Part shown: positions 39,301-50,704 of the stretch, piece after piece
Layout of the letters: the number at the start of each line of letters is the position of its first letter
How positions within the stretch are numbered: position 1 is the stretch's first letter
Assembly (NCBI GenBank): GCA_051362555.1
Contig: CM120642.1
Coordinates: forward strand, 3,596,001-3,660,000
Origin: Lingula anatina
Lineage: Eukaryota; Animalia; Brachiopoda
Direction: 5' to 3'
Length of the DNA stretch: 64,000 bases
Notes under the pieces: generated by a model
Database searches by the model: none
Told to the model about the DNA's origin: nothing
The model's input: the letters and a program-made list of their open reading frames with translations, nothing else
Made by a program: the position numbers and the translations under genes

Positions 39301-41183
39301 CATGATTCATACATGTCGATTTTTATTGAAAAGAGCAAAACGGACATCTATAGAGATGGTTCTCATATGGTTATTGCTAGAACTTATTCAAAGCTTTGTC
39401 CTGTTAAAGATTAGAGCAATTGTTCTCTTATGAGAATCTTGAGCATTCGGATTTGTATCTTTTTAGATGTGTCACCAAGCACTTCAATTGCTATCGTTTT
39501 AGAGATGATGATAAGCCTATTTCATATACTAGAATGAGAGAATTATTTATTTCCTCTTTTTCTCCTCTTGTTAAAGATATAAAACAGTTTGTTTTTCATA
39601 TTTTGAGAGCAGGTGGTGCTACTGCTGCCGCAAGAGCTGGTGTTCCAGACAGGTTATTTAAAAGACATGGAAAGTGGAGTTCGGTAACGGCTAAAGATGG
39701 CTTTGTGACAGATTATTTCTGATAGATTTTTTGTTTAAAAAAAAAAAAAATTGGGTCTTTAAAACTTAAGATTCCCGTTCTTTGTTTTCGACTCGTGCGC
39801 TAACTGCGTCCATATGCACTTTATATGTTGTTTGTGTTGCTTTATTATTAATGTTATGCAGTGTCGGTTATGGTCTAGGAGAAATATAATTCTATTCGGT
39901 TGAGCGAAGTGAATAAGAATGGAATTATTTTCTCCTAGGGGGCGACACTGTATATATTGTGTTAGTTGTGATACTGGTAAGAATTGTGGGTAAGTTACGA
40001 CAGTTGTTCATTCGACCAGTTAGCGCAGACCAGTTGACACGTAAATTTTTATTTTTCAAATTTTGTTTATGGTTTTGTTGTTTTAATTTGATTAGTACAT
40101 GTGATTTATTTTGTATTATAACTACATTGGTTATAGATGCAGTGGCTATTGTTATTTTTCTTCAATGTTTTTGTTTTCAAAATAAGTAAAGTGTTATGTT
40201 GTGTTAGAGTGTAGGCGTACAGTGTGCATGGGTGCGTGTTTGGAGGTGCGATTTATGTTTATTAATATATAAATTTATTGATTGATTTATATGAACTGTT
40301 TGGGAAGTAGTTTTGCATTTGTGTAGTGGAGAGATGAGTTCGGAGGAGGTGTTTGGGAGGTGGTCTTTGGTGATTTCCTATGTATGGGAGAAATGAGATC
40401 GGAAGTGCTTGGGTTGTGATATTCTGTTAAATCCCTATGTAAGGATAAGATGAGCTCGGGAGAGCTGTTGGGATGTTATATCCTTATGATTCCCTAAAAA
40501 GGGAAAGGTGAGCTTGGAAGAGCTGTTTGGATGTGATATCCTGGTGATTCCCTATGTAAAGGAAAGATGAGCTCGAAAGAGGTGTTTGGGAGGTGGTATC
40601 TGGTGATTTCCTATGTGTGGGAGAAATGAGATCGGAAGTGCTTGGGTTGTGATATTCTGTTAAATTCCTATGTAAGGGAAAGGTGAACTCGGGAGAGCTG
40701 TTGGGATGTGATATCATTATAATTCCCTAAAAGGGAAAGGTGAGCTTGGAAGAGCTGTTTGGAAGTGATATCCTGGTGATTCCCTATGTAAAGGAAAGAT
40801 GAGCTCGGAAGAGGTGTTTGGGATATGGTATCCCGGTGATTCCCTAGGCAAGGGAAAGATGAGCTCGGAAGAGCTGTTGGGATGTGATATCCCGATGATT
40901 CCCTAGGTAAGGGAAAGATGAGTTCAGAAGAGCTGTTAGGGATGTGATATCCCGGTGATTCCTTTTTATATATAAAAGGAAGAGATGATACAGAGGTTTG
41001 ATGAGGAGAGGGTCTCCTCGTGTTTATAATTTATTTATTTAATTATTTGTTTATGTTGTTTGTAAATGATTGAAGATGGTTTGGAATAAAACTCGTGCGC
41101 TAACTGCGTCCATATGCACTTTATATGTTGTTTGTGTTGCTTTATTATTAATGTTATGCAGTGTCGGTTATGGTCTAGGAGAA
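36376..41183 (+). mobile_element. Degenerate tyrosine-recombinase retrotransposon (DIRS order, PAT-like) with split direct repeats A1-ORFs-B1-A2-spacer-B2
   Basis: gag CCHC-like knuckle CFACGSFGHCRRDC at about 37105; RT VMYLDDG at about 37815; Dam-like MT (ASDHNNKLP..YWTPG..DAF..W..FVPP) at about 38380-38510; YR (HILRAGGATAAARAGVPDRLFKRHGKW) at about 39600; A1 36376-36541 matches A2 39884-40049; B1 39791-39883 matches B2 41091-41183; many frameshifts and stops. Confidence 0.92.
40325..40962 (+). repeat. Minisatellite, about 11 x 58-59 bp, inside the A2-B2 spacer of the retroelement
   Basis: Unit approximately gatgagctcggaagagctgttgggatgtgatatcccggtgattccctatgtaagggaaa; variant units recur about 233 bp apart (40388 versus 40621). 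Confidence 0.9.
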
Positions 41184-41874
41184 CTTCTATCTTAAATTGT
41201 TATACAAACCAAATAAAACACTTTGCGATGCCTCCCTATATTCGTCATCATACTTATAGCATTAATAAGGCAAGTCCAGATATTTTGTACATACGGACAT
41301 TCCCAAAATACATGAAATATTGTCTCTTTGGAAATATTGCAAAACTCGCACAGTTGAGATTTTTTTTCTTTATTTTCATTAAGTATGAATTTGTGCTGGA
41401 AATTCTATGCTTGATTCTAAATTGCAGTGTTTGTAATTTTGTGTCGTCCGTCTCAGTAAAAACCGATGTAAATATCAAATGCCATTTCTCTTCGTCTTAA
41501 ATTTCCCCAAATGCCTGTGTGCCATTTGTTTATTGCTTTTCTTAGTTTTTTTTCGAGTTCTTGGGTGTAATTTTGGTAAAAGTATTTGGACGGCTTTGGA
41601 ACACTTCATCGCATTGCTGTTCGTAATGCAGATGCTTTCTAAACGTTTACCATTGTTCAAAATAGCCTTTCGCCACTGGACAGGAATACTATTTTGGATG
41701 CTGATATAGTTGAGGAAATTGCTATTTAGTTTATATTTTCTGTTAAGCTCTTCTTATGATATGAATCTACCATTGTTATCAATTATATCATTTATGTAGA
41801 AAACTCCATTTCGCAACCATTTTTTATAACGGATATTTCTATGTTTTTTTTTTATCTTGTCGTTATCTACGATT

Positions 41875-41918
<44 letters not shown>

Positions 41919-42865
41919 TCGAGAAATCTCTTTTATCCAGAACATTTTCAGTGATTAAGCAAACAATTTAGTTTGTGGCACCCTGAGATCTCCTTTACTA
42001 TATCCTGATATCAGGGTTGTACGTTTAATTTCATCAATATCACTATTCCATATAAAATTAAAAATCATTTTATCCAATGTTTTGAAAATTATTTCGGGGG
42101 AATTTGGCAACACTGTCAGAGTTTGTAACATTATTGGGAGGGCTAATGTTTTTACTATTGTTACTTTTCCCATTGAAGATACATTTCTCAACGACAAGTC
42201 TGACATTAATTTTTTCACCTTATTATACTTTTTTTCAAACTGACATCATAGTAGTTAGGTTTATTAAGTCCATACTTTATGCCAAGCAGTTTAAAGTTTC
42301 CCTCATGATTCCACTTGATGTTCCCCGCAGTGTGTTTCTTCATAACACCCTCGTTTGCTTCCGATCCAAACTGTCTCGGTCTTGTCAAAGTTGATTTTTA
42401 AGCCAGAACATTCAGAAAAATGTTTAACTACCGCGAGTGTTTTTTGCAGGCTCAACTGATCGTCCGAAAGAGTTAGCGTAGTGTCATCTGCGATGTAATC
42501 AGGTACTCGACGTTATCAATTTCTATTCCATTAATTTCGGGGTCTCTTTTTTTATTGCTGCTGAAAGTAATTCAATACATAAAATAAATAAGTATGGGGA
42601 AAGGGGGTCACCCTGTCTCACACCCCGCCTGACCATAAGAGAAATCAGAAAGATGTTCATTATTTTGAATTGACGACGAAATTTCAGGGTTTTACAGGGT
42701 TTTAACCCAATTTATTATTGTTGGTCCGAAATTGTAAAATACTACAGTAGCATGCATGAAATTCCATTCTTAAGTATCAAAAGCTTTTTCATAGTCTAGA
42801 AGGAGTAGTCCGAATATTTGATCAGTTTCAGTTTTTTCAATAAGGTCGAAAATCAACCTTGTGCA
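41184..42865 (-). mobile_element. 5'-truncated, decayed L1/Tx1-clade LINE ORF2 (RT plus zf-RVT region)
   Basis: Minus-strand motifs LLLDYEKAFD (about 42790), RRGVRQGDPLSPYLFILCIELL (about 42600), ADDTT (about 42485), GKVTIVKTLALP, FNFIWN, LQFRIKHRI..TNSYL. Confidence 0.88.
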
Positions 42866-43684
42866 CCCCCACTTTCAATAATTACAACTTTCTTTTCAGT
42901 TAATTTTCATTGTGTTATTATAATTTATTAGCCTTATCGCATAATTATTTTTATTTTTCCCATGACAAATATCCCGGTGACTCCATTCGCCACATAAGTT
43001 TTCATGTAATTATTACACAGAGCAAAAATTGTATCTCTTTTCTGTAGAATTAGGGCATGTGATTGACAAGAACCAATTTGTCACACCAGTGCCGCAGGTT
43101 ATTTCACGCTATACTAGTGATGGACAATGCACTGCAATATATACGATGTTACAACTTTTACCTACATTGATATCAAGACAGAAAAGAGAAACTAATCTTT
43201 AATCTAACTACTTTATATTCAGGCCTATAATTCAGTCAATGCTGTGCTCTCAATGTCTTTTTTATTTTCTCCCCAATGTCATCGTATATGTCAAACTTTA
43301 CTTTTAATTGTCTTTTAATTATCTTTATATTTTCACCATTAAGGTGCCATCAGTGTAATGCACCAGTTTCTAGATTTTTAATTACATGAATAAGGAGACC
43401 CTCTACAAAAAGAAACTTGGAAGTCAAACGAGCTTATTAGTAGTAATTGTGTTCACGAAAAAGTGTTGAAATTTGCAGGGCAATTCATCTTTCATCAAGA
43501 TCTAACGTAAAATAAGAACTTACGCAGCAATGAGGAATGAGTATCTAAATTCCTCTTTTTTTCAATGCAAAAATCAATTAATTAATGAATTGATAAAGTA
43601 CAATTTCAATTTGGAGAGGAATAATAGAAGAAGGCATCTAGATCTGAATTGTTTATTTTGACCAAGAAAGGCGCAATCGTTCTT

Positions 43685-44135
43685 ATATACAGACACTGTA
43701 ATTGTTTGTATATATTCTGATCGGTCTGTCTGTCCGTGTCATCGCCGTCGCTACTGCTGTCAAACCATATTTTTGTTTTATTTTTAATTTACTGAGTGGT
43801 TTTGTTTGGTAAAAAGGCAGGTCGTTTTCGAAAATCAGCATGATTTTAAACATTTTTTTTGCACAATTTTGGTGACGTTTGTCTCATATTTAAGTGACAA
43901 CCCGTATATCTGTTTTACTTTTTTGCTGAGTGGCTTTGTTTGGTAAAAATGCAGATTGCGTCTGAAAATCTGCAGGATAGTATTACTTTTAGAGTATAAA
44001 TATATTTATTTACTTATTTATTTATTTATTGCACAATTTTGGCAATAAAAGCTTGCCCCTATGAATACCAAAATCACATTTTGGTTTTAGATTAAATTTG
44101 CTGAGTGGCTTTGTTTGGTAAAGAGACCGGTTGCC
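43685..44135 (+). repeat. Degenerate Helentron/pearl-like element with repeated ctgagtggctttgtttggtaaa units
   Basis: gtct/gtcc microsatellite followed by 3 diverged units (about 43790, 43925, 44100); motif also at 45400. Confidence 0.45.
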
Positions 44136-46227
44136 ATCTACACTGGGTAGGTTCGAGCAATCCATTTATTTGAATTAATTGTTTAATAATGTAAAAAAAG
44201 GAAATCTTTTCTAAAGAACTAAATGTGTTTTTATATGCAGGAGGCATGGTCATGTCGCATGATGTAGGCCTACTAATAAGATAATGATTTATTAAAACAA
44301 TGAAATATACAAAATCATATCGGGGATCTTTTGCCTTTCAACAGCAGTTATTTAATCAATTCCTGCAATCTTCCGCAGGAGTGCTGTACCTGATGTTGAT
44401 GTGAAATGATTAACATAATTTAGTGCTTCATTGTGTACTCATTTGCATTGGAACGTTGACTAATTACAGTATGACAAAACCGTACAAGTGTACCACTATG
44501 TAGGCCTACGTATGAAATAACAACACTGAAAAGAAGCAAACTTTGGAATTTTCAGCAAAGTTTTATTTTAAGATATAATTAAATCAAGTAAATGAATCAA
44601 GAATTAGCCGTCATGAGGTAATAAATTACGAAGGAGACTGTAGCCTGAGAATGATTTTAAGCTCGCCGAATACGGGGTAGTGAAAATAAGCGGTTTTGCA
44701 CTGAAAATTAGTCCTCATAATTCCAAAATTCAGTCCTCAATTAGTCCAAAATTGCACCTTTTGGGTCATCATATCCTTGAGATGCATGTTTCGAAGAATT
44801 AATCAAAGAATTGTTTACAGGGGTGGATTGAGGCAGTCTTTTGGGCCTTCCGGAAGACGGTCAGATTTTCAAGTTTACATTGACGGGTATCTTATTTCTT
44901 TTCTGTCGGAAGACGGTCAAAAATAGAGAATAGATAAACAAATGAAATTAGGAAGACTGTCAAAAATATATCTGGACCCGCCCTTGATTTAAGCACATAT
45001 TTCGAAAGCAATTTCATTTTGTCAGTAGAATATACAGGTTCTAAACTAAGAGGTAGGTCTATTTGTTTTTCGCTGGGATTTTGAAAGGAATCAACTTAAA
45101 AATAGGCCTATGACATTTTTAACGCAAGTCATATACATTGTATTCAAATTAACGTAGGCCTAAATATCAACTGGGCAGTGTGCAACGGGACTCGTGTTTA
45201 TAAATACGTAAAAAAATATCGATGAGCATAGACGTTGCGTAATTGTTTTTTTATCCAGAAAAAATTTAACAAAAGCACTTGCGAAAGTTGAATAAAAAAT
45301 ACATCCGGGTACTTTCATGCGGTCCGCCATGCATGGTTGTAGCTTGACTCAAGCCTAACAGAGCTGAGTTCGCTGAAACATTTTTTTAAACTTCAAATTT
45401 ACTCAGTGGCTTTGTTTAGTAAAGAGGCAGCTTTTGTTTAGAGACGGCATGATTAAATTACTGTTACGATAATAATTTATTAACGCATGTATTTTGTTGA
45501 TATTATTTCCTTTTGGCGTCCGTAGGCCTATATTTGCCAGCTCTGCTGTTAACGAGACTAGTTTGTCGTCACGATGTAAAAAAAAATTACCTATCATTGA
45601 CCTTTAATACAGATAAGAGTGAGGAAAATTGCAGCCTGCCACACGAAGGGGAATCATATGCAATCCCACTGAAACTGATTTTACGTCCACAATATCCCGA
45701 GTAACCGTTGGTAGTGTTTGAGTAATAGGCCCTAAACCTTAATTCAAAGGTACATACGAACCGAGCATCGGTGGAGCGTGGATTCCCAGTAACACACGTA
45801 AACCACTTCTACTAGATTCTTATATGACTCAAATAAATTCCACATGCCAAGGGATAAACTGAATAGATCACTCGATCAGCCATAAAAGACCTTTAGACTG
45901 CTCCTTTCTTTAAATTTTCGGTTGTAAATTTAACCTACTTTCGTGACCTGCTTTCCTGCCCCATTGACATACAGTTTAGAATGCTTGCAGAAAAATCCGT
46001 TCAAACATCATTTTTGGGTAAAATTAAACAATGCCTTTTGGTAATTCTCTTAGTTATACTACTTGAAACTATATGCTGGCATGTGGTTGGTTTTTGTGGC
46101 AAAAAATTGACTTTGTATATGCATCTTTAAATGACACAACATAATATAAAATGATAGGTTTGTTATTGTAGCACATTCTGCCATGACATAATTTCACTAC
46201 AGTGTATGTGATGTCTCCACGATTATT

Positions 46228-46790
46228 ATGTACAGACACAGATGTGTCTGTACATATAGCCATCATCTGCGTCTGTCGTCGCCGTCGCCGTCGCCGTCGC
46301 CGTGCACTTTTACCGATAACACGATAAGTGGAAAACTGTTTTTTCTTTTGGCTTGAAACTGATGAATATTTGTAATACGCAGGTCAAGTTCGAAAATCAG
46401 CATGATCGGGTCACTTATAGGGAATTTATGCTGTTTTTTCACTTTTTTCAGCATATATGCAGCACCGATAACACGATAAGTGGAAAACCATTTTACCTTT
46501 TGGCTTGAAACTTACAGAACTGATAAATATTCATAATACGCAGGTCAAGTTTGAAAATCAGTATGATTGGGTCATTTTTAGGGAAGTTATGCTGTTTTTC
46601 ACTTTTTTCAGCATGTATGCAACACTGAAAACATGATAAGTGGAAAACCATTTTACCTTTTGGTTTGAAACTTGCAGAACTAATGAATATTCATAATACG
46701 CAGGTCAAGTTTGAAAATCAGCATGATCAGGTCATTTTTAGGGAAGTAATGCTGTTTTTTCACTTTTTTTCAGCATGTATGCAACACCTT
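46228..46790 (+). repeat. Helentron/pearl-like element with terminal hairpin, (GTCGCC)n and 3 x about 150-160-bp satellite-like units
   Basis: tgtacagacacagatgtgtctgtaca, then units containing aatacgcaggtcaagtt.gaaaatcag.atgat at about 46375, 46535 and 46695. Confidence 0.75.
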
Positions 46791-49700
46791 TGTGCTATAT
46801 GATGGTACTGTATGGATAACATATAAAATTGTCCCTTGGGTGATCACTAATTAAATTAAGGTCTATAAAGTCACTTGCCTACTCATTAATTTTCAATTGG
46901 CCATTAAATGAGATTACATAAAACACTCCTTGAGATTTCCCTGTAAAGTCCCATAGGTTTAGCTCTCTTAACTGTGTCACAAAATTAGGATTTGGTGATA
47001 ATTGTGCAGATAAATGGTGTTTAACATTGCAAATAAATTTACAACAAAAAGAATGTGTTATGCCAACATGCTATAGATGAATAACAGTGGTTTATTTTTC
47101 TCAAACTTGTTGGGGTTATTAATATCAAGTTAATACAGCTAGATTAAAAGTTTGAATAGCAGCTTTATTGGAATTTTTTACGTTTTATTTAAAATTTTTT
47201 TGAAATTATTTTTCAAACACTAGCATCTTCAAGATGTGATTTTTTACTCCCATCCACCAGAAGTGCTGTGCATTTTCTGTATTTTTGTGTATAATTGTTA
47301 TTTCTTCAGATTTAATTCTTAGGCATGTTAACAGTCTCATTATGGAACTAATAAGATATGTAAAAGTGTTGTTTTGACATTTTCTGCTTCTTAACAATAT
47401 TGTTTGTTGATTATAAAAAAATGACGGTAAACCTGTTATAATATTGTGCATTGTGTAATAAAGTATCATAAATGCAAAGGAACTCATCATTGCAGTTTGT
47501 CAGATTTAATCATTCACTATGTTCAGCATCTGCAAATGGAGCAAATTGGACATTGAAAATTGTTTTATTGATATTTTTCCTATGTCAACAATTTTCCTAG
47601 TTGAACATTTAAAAATGACAGTTTATTGATCATTTTGTTTTAAAAAAGGTGTTGAAAATGGAAAGAAAATCATTTCAGTACAGTTATTTCTTGTTTACAT
47701 TTTGGCATTTTGAAAGTGTGACTCTGAACTGCCATGGCCTTGAAGACCTTCCCAAATCACATTTTCTGAATATTCATGATACTTTTATTTTTTTATAAAA
47801 AATTTTGATGGTCATTATGCTGTTAAGTATTATGTTTTATTGCATGAAAGTTGAAGAAAACCCTATTTTGGACACTGCTGCCAGGATAGCGATTAAGGGA
47901 AAACCATGTTACTTACGATACTGAAACTTACTGAAAAGTTTCATAAGACAGAAGTGCGCAGCTTGTGTTTGAAAACCAGTGTGATTGTTTTCTGTTTTGG
48001 AGGCAATGCAGGTTTATAGAGTGCTATACTGGCATTTTCAAGTTGTGACTTATCACTCCCATCTGCCAGTAGCCCTGTACTCTTACTTTGTAACATTTTC
48101 TGTATTTTGTTAAGTTACAAGAATGATTCTTAGGATTGACATACAGCCAAAAAAAAAAAAAATTAATTATATATATATATATATATAGATAGATAGATAG
48201 ATAGATAGATATTTTTTTAATGAGTTTAAGCAATTTTTTTTGTGTGTAATTTTCACTGTACCTCATTCTGGCATTTCCAAAGTTTAACTCTTATCAGCCT
48301 GACACCTTAGGGACTATTTCCAGACCCTATCACGCTAACTGTGGATCGATCTATCTCCATGGGAATTCTTGCTAAATTGCAATCAATGTAAGTGGCTTAG
48401 TTGTCTGTCACGCCTACTGAAACTGGCATGCCAGAATCCTAAGACTCTCAAACTGAAAGCAATTTATTGAGAAACCCCTTGGAGTTGGATTGATCCTGTT
48501 AGATTGATCTAGGTATGGGAACTTAGTCTAATGCTTGATACACATTTTACTTTCATCCTAATCCAATGTTATGCAGAATAAGAATTTGATGTTGGCTATG
48601 CAGTTACAGTAAGCATAATACATTAGTTTATCAGAATTGACAGTATCCTATTTCCTGCATTTTTATTTTCTGGTTTTTGTCTGTACATTTGACAGCTTTG
48701 CTGCCTTGTTTTTAACATCGCGCTAATGTCAATCCTTGGTCCAGTTTTCAGTCTGCAGTTTGTTTGCAATATAAATCACACTCAATGTACGTAATGGTAG
48801 CAGTGTGCATGTGGAATTGAGGAAGGGGGCGTGGGGTTAAGAACGCACACCTAAGATTTTCACCCTGAGAGGATTGGAATGGTTATCGAACCAAGGGCAG
48901 CACCCTATACTAAACCATTTGCAGGGGTGACGGACCGCTTACTGAATGGGTCCAGTTGATTCCAACTTAAGTCGTCCATTTTATGTCGTTTTACTTTTTC
49001 TGCCATCCGTGGCACCGTTGCATCACTGTCGAAGTAGTCGAGTTGATAAAACTTTATTTTTCTCGCTTTCTTACTTTCCCTTTTTCAAATAAGAATTTTG
49101 AAATCTTGTCCGAATGAATTCGTATCCAGCTTATCTCTTTCATTCTCTCTAAAAGAACACAAGACTGTACATTTTCATTAACTGATTTACAGAAATTTTG
49201 AGGAAGGTAATGAAGTAATAAACGTGTAATCAAAGAGGCAAACATATGTTTATGCCAGAGTCTTTCTGTCCACAATCATTTTAAATAAAAGTTGCTCATG
49301 TTTATTCTGTAACTGAGCCGCATAATATTTTTTGTATGAATTTATTTATCCATACTTTATAGCCACAAACAAAACGGTATTAGTCTCGATTGATGAATCT
49401 CGCTTTCAAAGGCCTAAATTTTTCGACTGATGCCTTTTATTTCGGCAGGCTGATTTCCCGCTGGCTTGGGTTACAATTTTTACCCTCGAACAGCATCCAT
49501 CTCTATTAAACATAGGCCTACTGGTAACCCCCCCCCCCCAAAAAAAAAAAAAAAAAAGAAAAAAAACTTGTGTGCATCTTATAGTTTATTCATGTAAAAT
49601 ATCACAAGAAATTACGTGAGCGTGCGATTTTCCAATACTTGTCAGACCTTTGATCAATACATGTACAGTGTGTATTGTGACCCGAAATATCAGAGCCATA

Positions 49701-50704
49701 GGCGCATTCATAAGTCTGTCCTGTAAATGCTTTCTGTGACAAAAATATTAAAATTAGACTGGCCATGCATGCATTCCTATTTCTTTTAAAATTTGCCAGT
49801 TCCTTATTAATAGATACATTCTGCTAATATATTATTTTTCAAGATTCTGCTGGTTCAGATTTATCCTGCAATGCACAGTAGGTGTGAGATTTACGACCAA
49901 TCCTTGTGTCAGTAGGACCCTAGACTATAGATAAAGTCTCAGACTATAAAAATATACTTTTTACCCTTTGTAACATCCCTTTCAAAACTAAAAAATAACA
50001 CCAAGAAAAAAGAATAATCGAAATGGAAAATACTCAATACAAATTGGGTATGCTGTTGGGATGTAAGCTGCATAATTCATATTCCTTTTTATAATATATC
50101 CGTATATGTACACATCAATGTTTGACTGTAGCCTATAATCCTATATACCGGTATATATACGCCTATTATTGAGTTTTCCTTTTTATATACCCTTTTACAT
50201 CTGGAATACATGTATGTTTTATGGTTTTCCACATTTGACTGCATGTCAGTTCCAATTTTGTTTTATTCTTTGTACGTTCCGTATAGTCCTATGAAATCAA
50301 TGGCCTACACACCAGGCCTACGTAAAAGGTCAATGGTTTGCTCATAATATACAACAAACAATTTATCAGCGACTTCTTGGCAAAGGGAGGAAAATGTCCA
50401 GTACCAGATCTGCTAAAAATACATTTTTAATTTCCAGCACCAAATGTATTTTCATTTTGGGGAAATCAATATAAAAATATAGGCCTTTTTATAGGTAGGA
50501 TTTAAGTCAAATCATGAAATGCAAATATGCAAAGAACTCTGTTGTTGAACAATTGTTTCCAATCACCTACAAATAAAAAGCAACGTTTGGCTTGAATTGT
50601 ATTTAAAATAAGTTTACTCGATCTTGCGTGAATATGTACGTTTATGTATGTTTTCAAGAGTATCATCAATTTCATAGGACTTATTCAAAACGTCATCAAT
50701 CCAC

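Noticed and set aside
40325-40962. Regularly spaced repeats resembling a CRISPR array
   Set aside because: Units are contiguous tandem copies without unique spacers; no cas genes; eukaryotic context
42900-50600. 7.7-kb gene-free interval searched for hidden exons or RNA genes
   Set aside because: Only repeat remnants and AT-rich sequence recognised; no coherent spliced frame or tRNA fold found by eye
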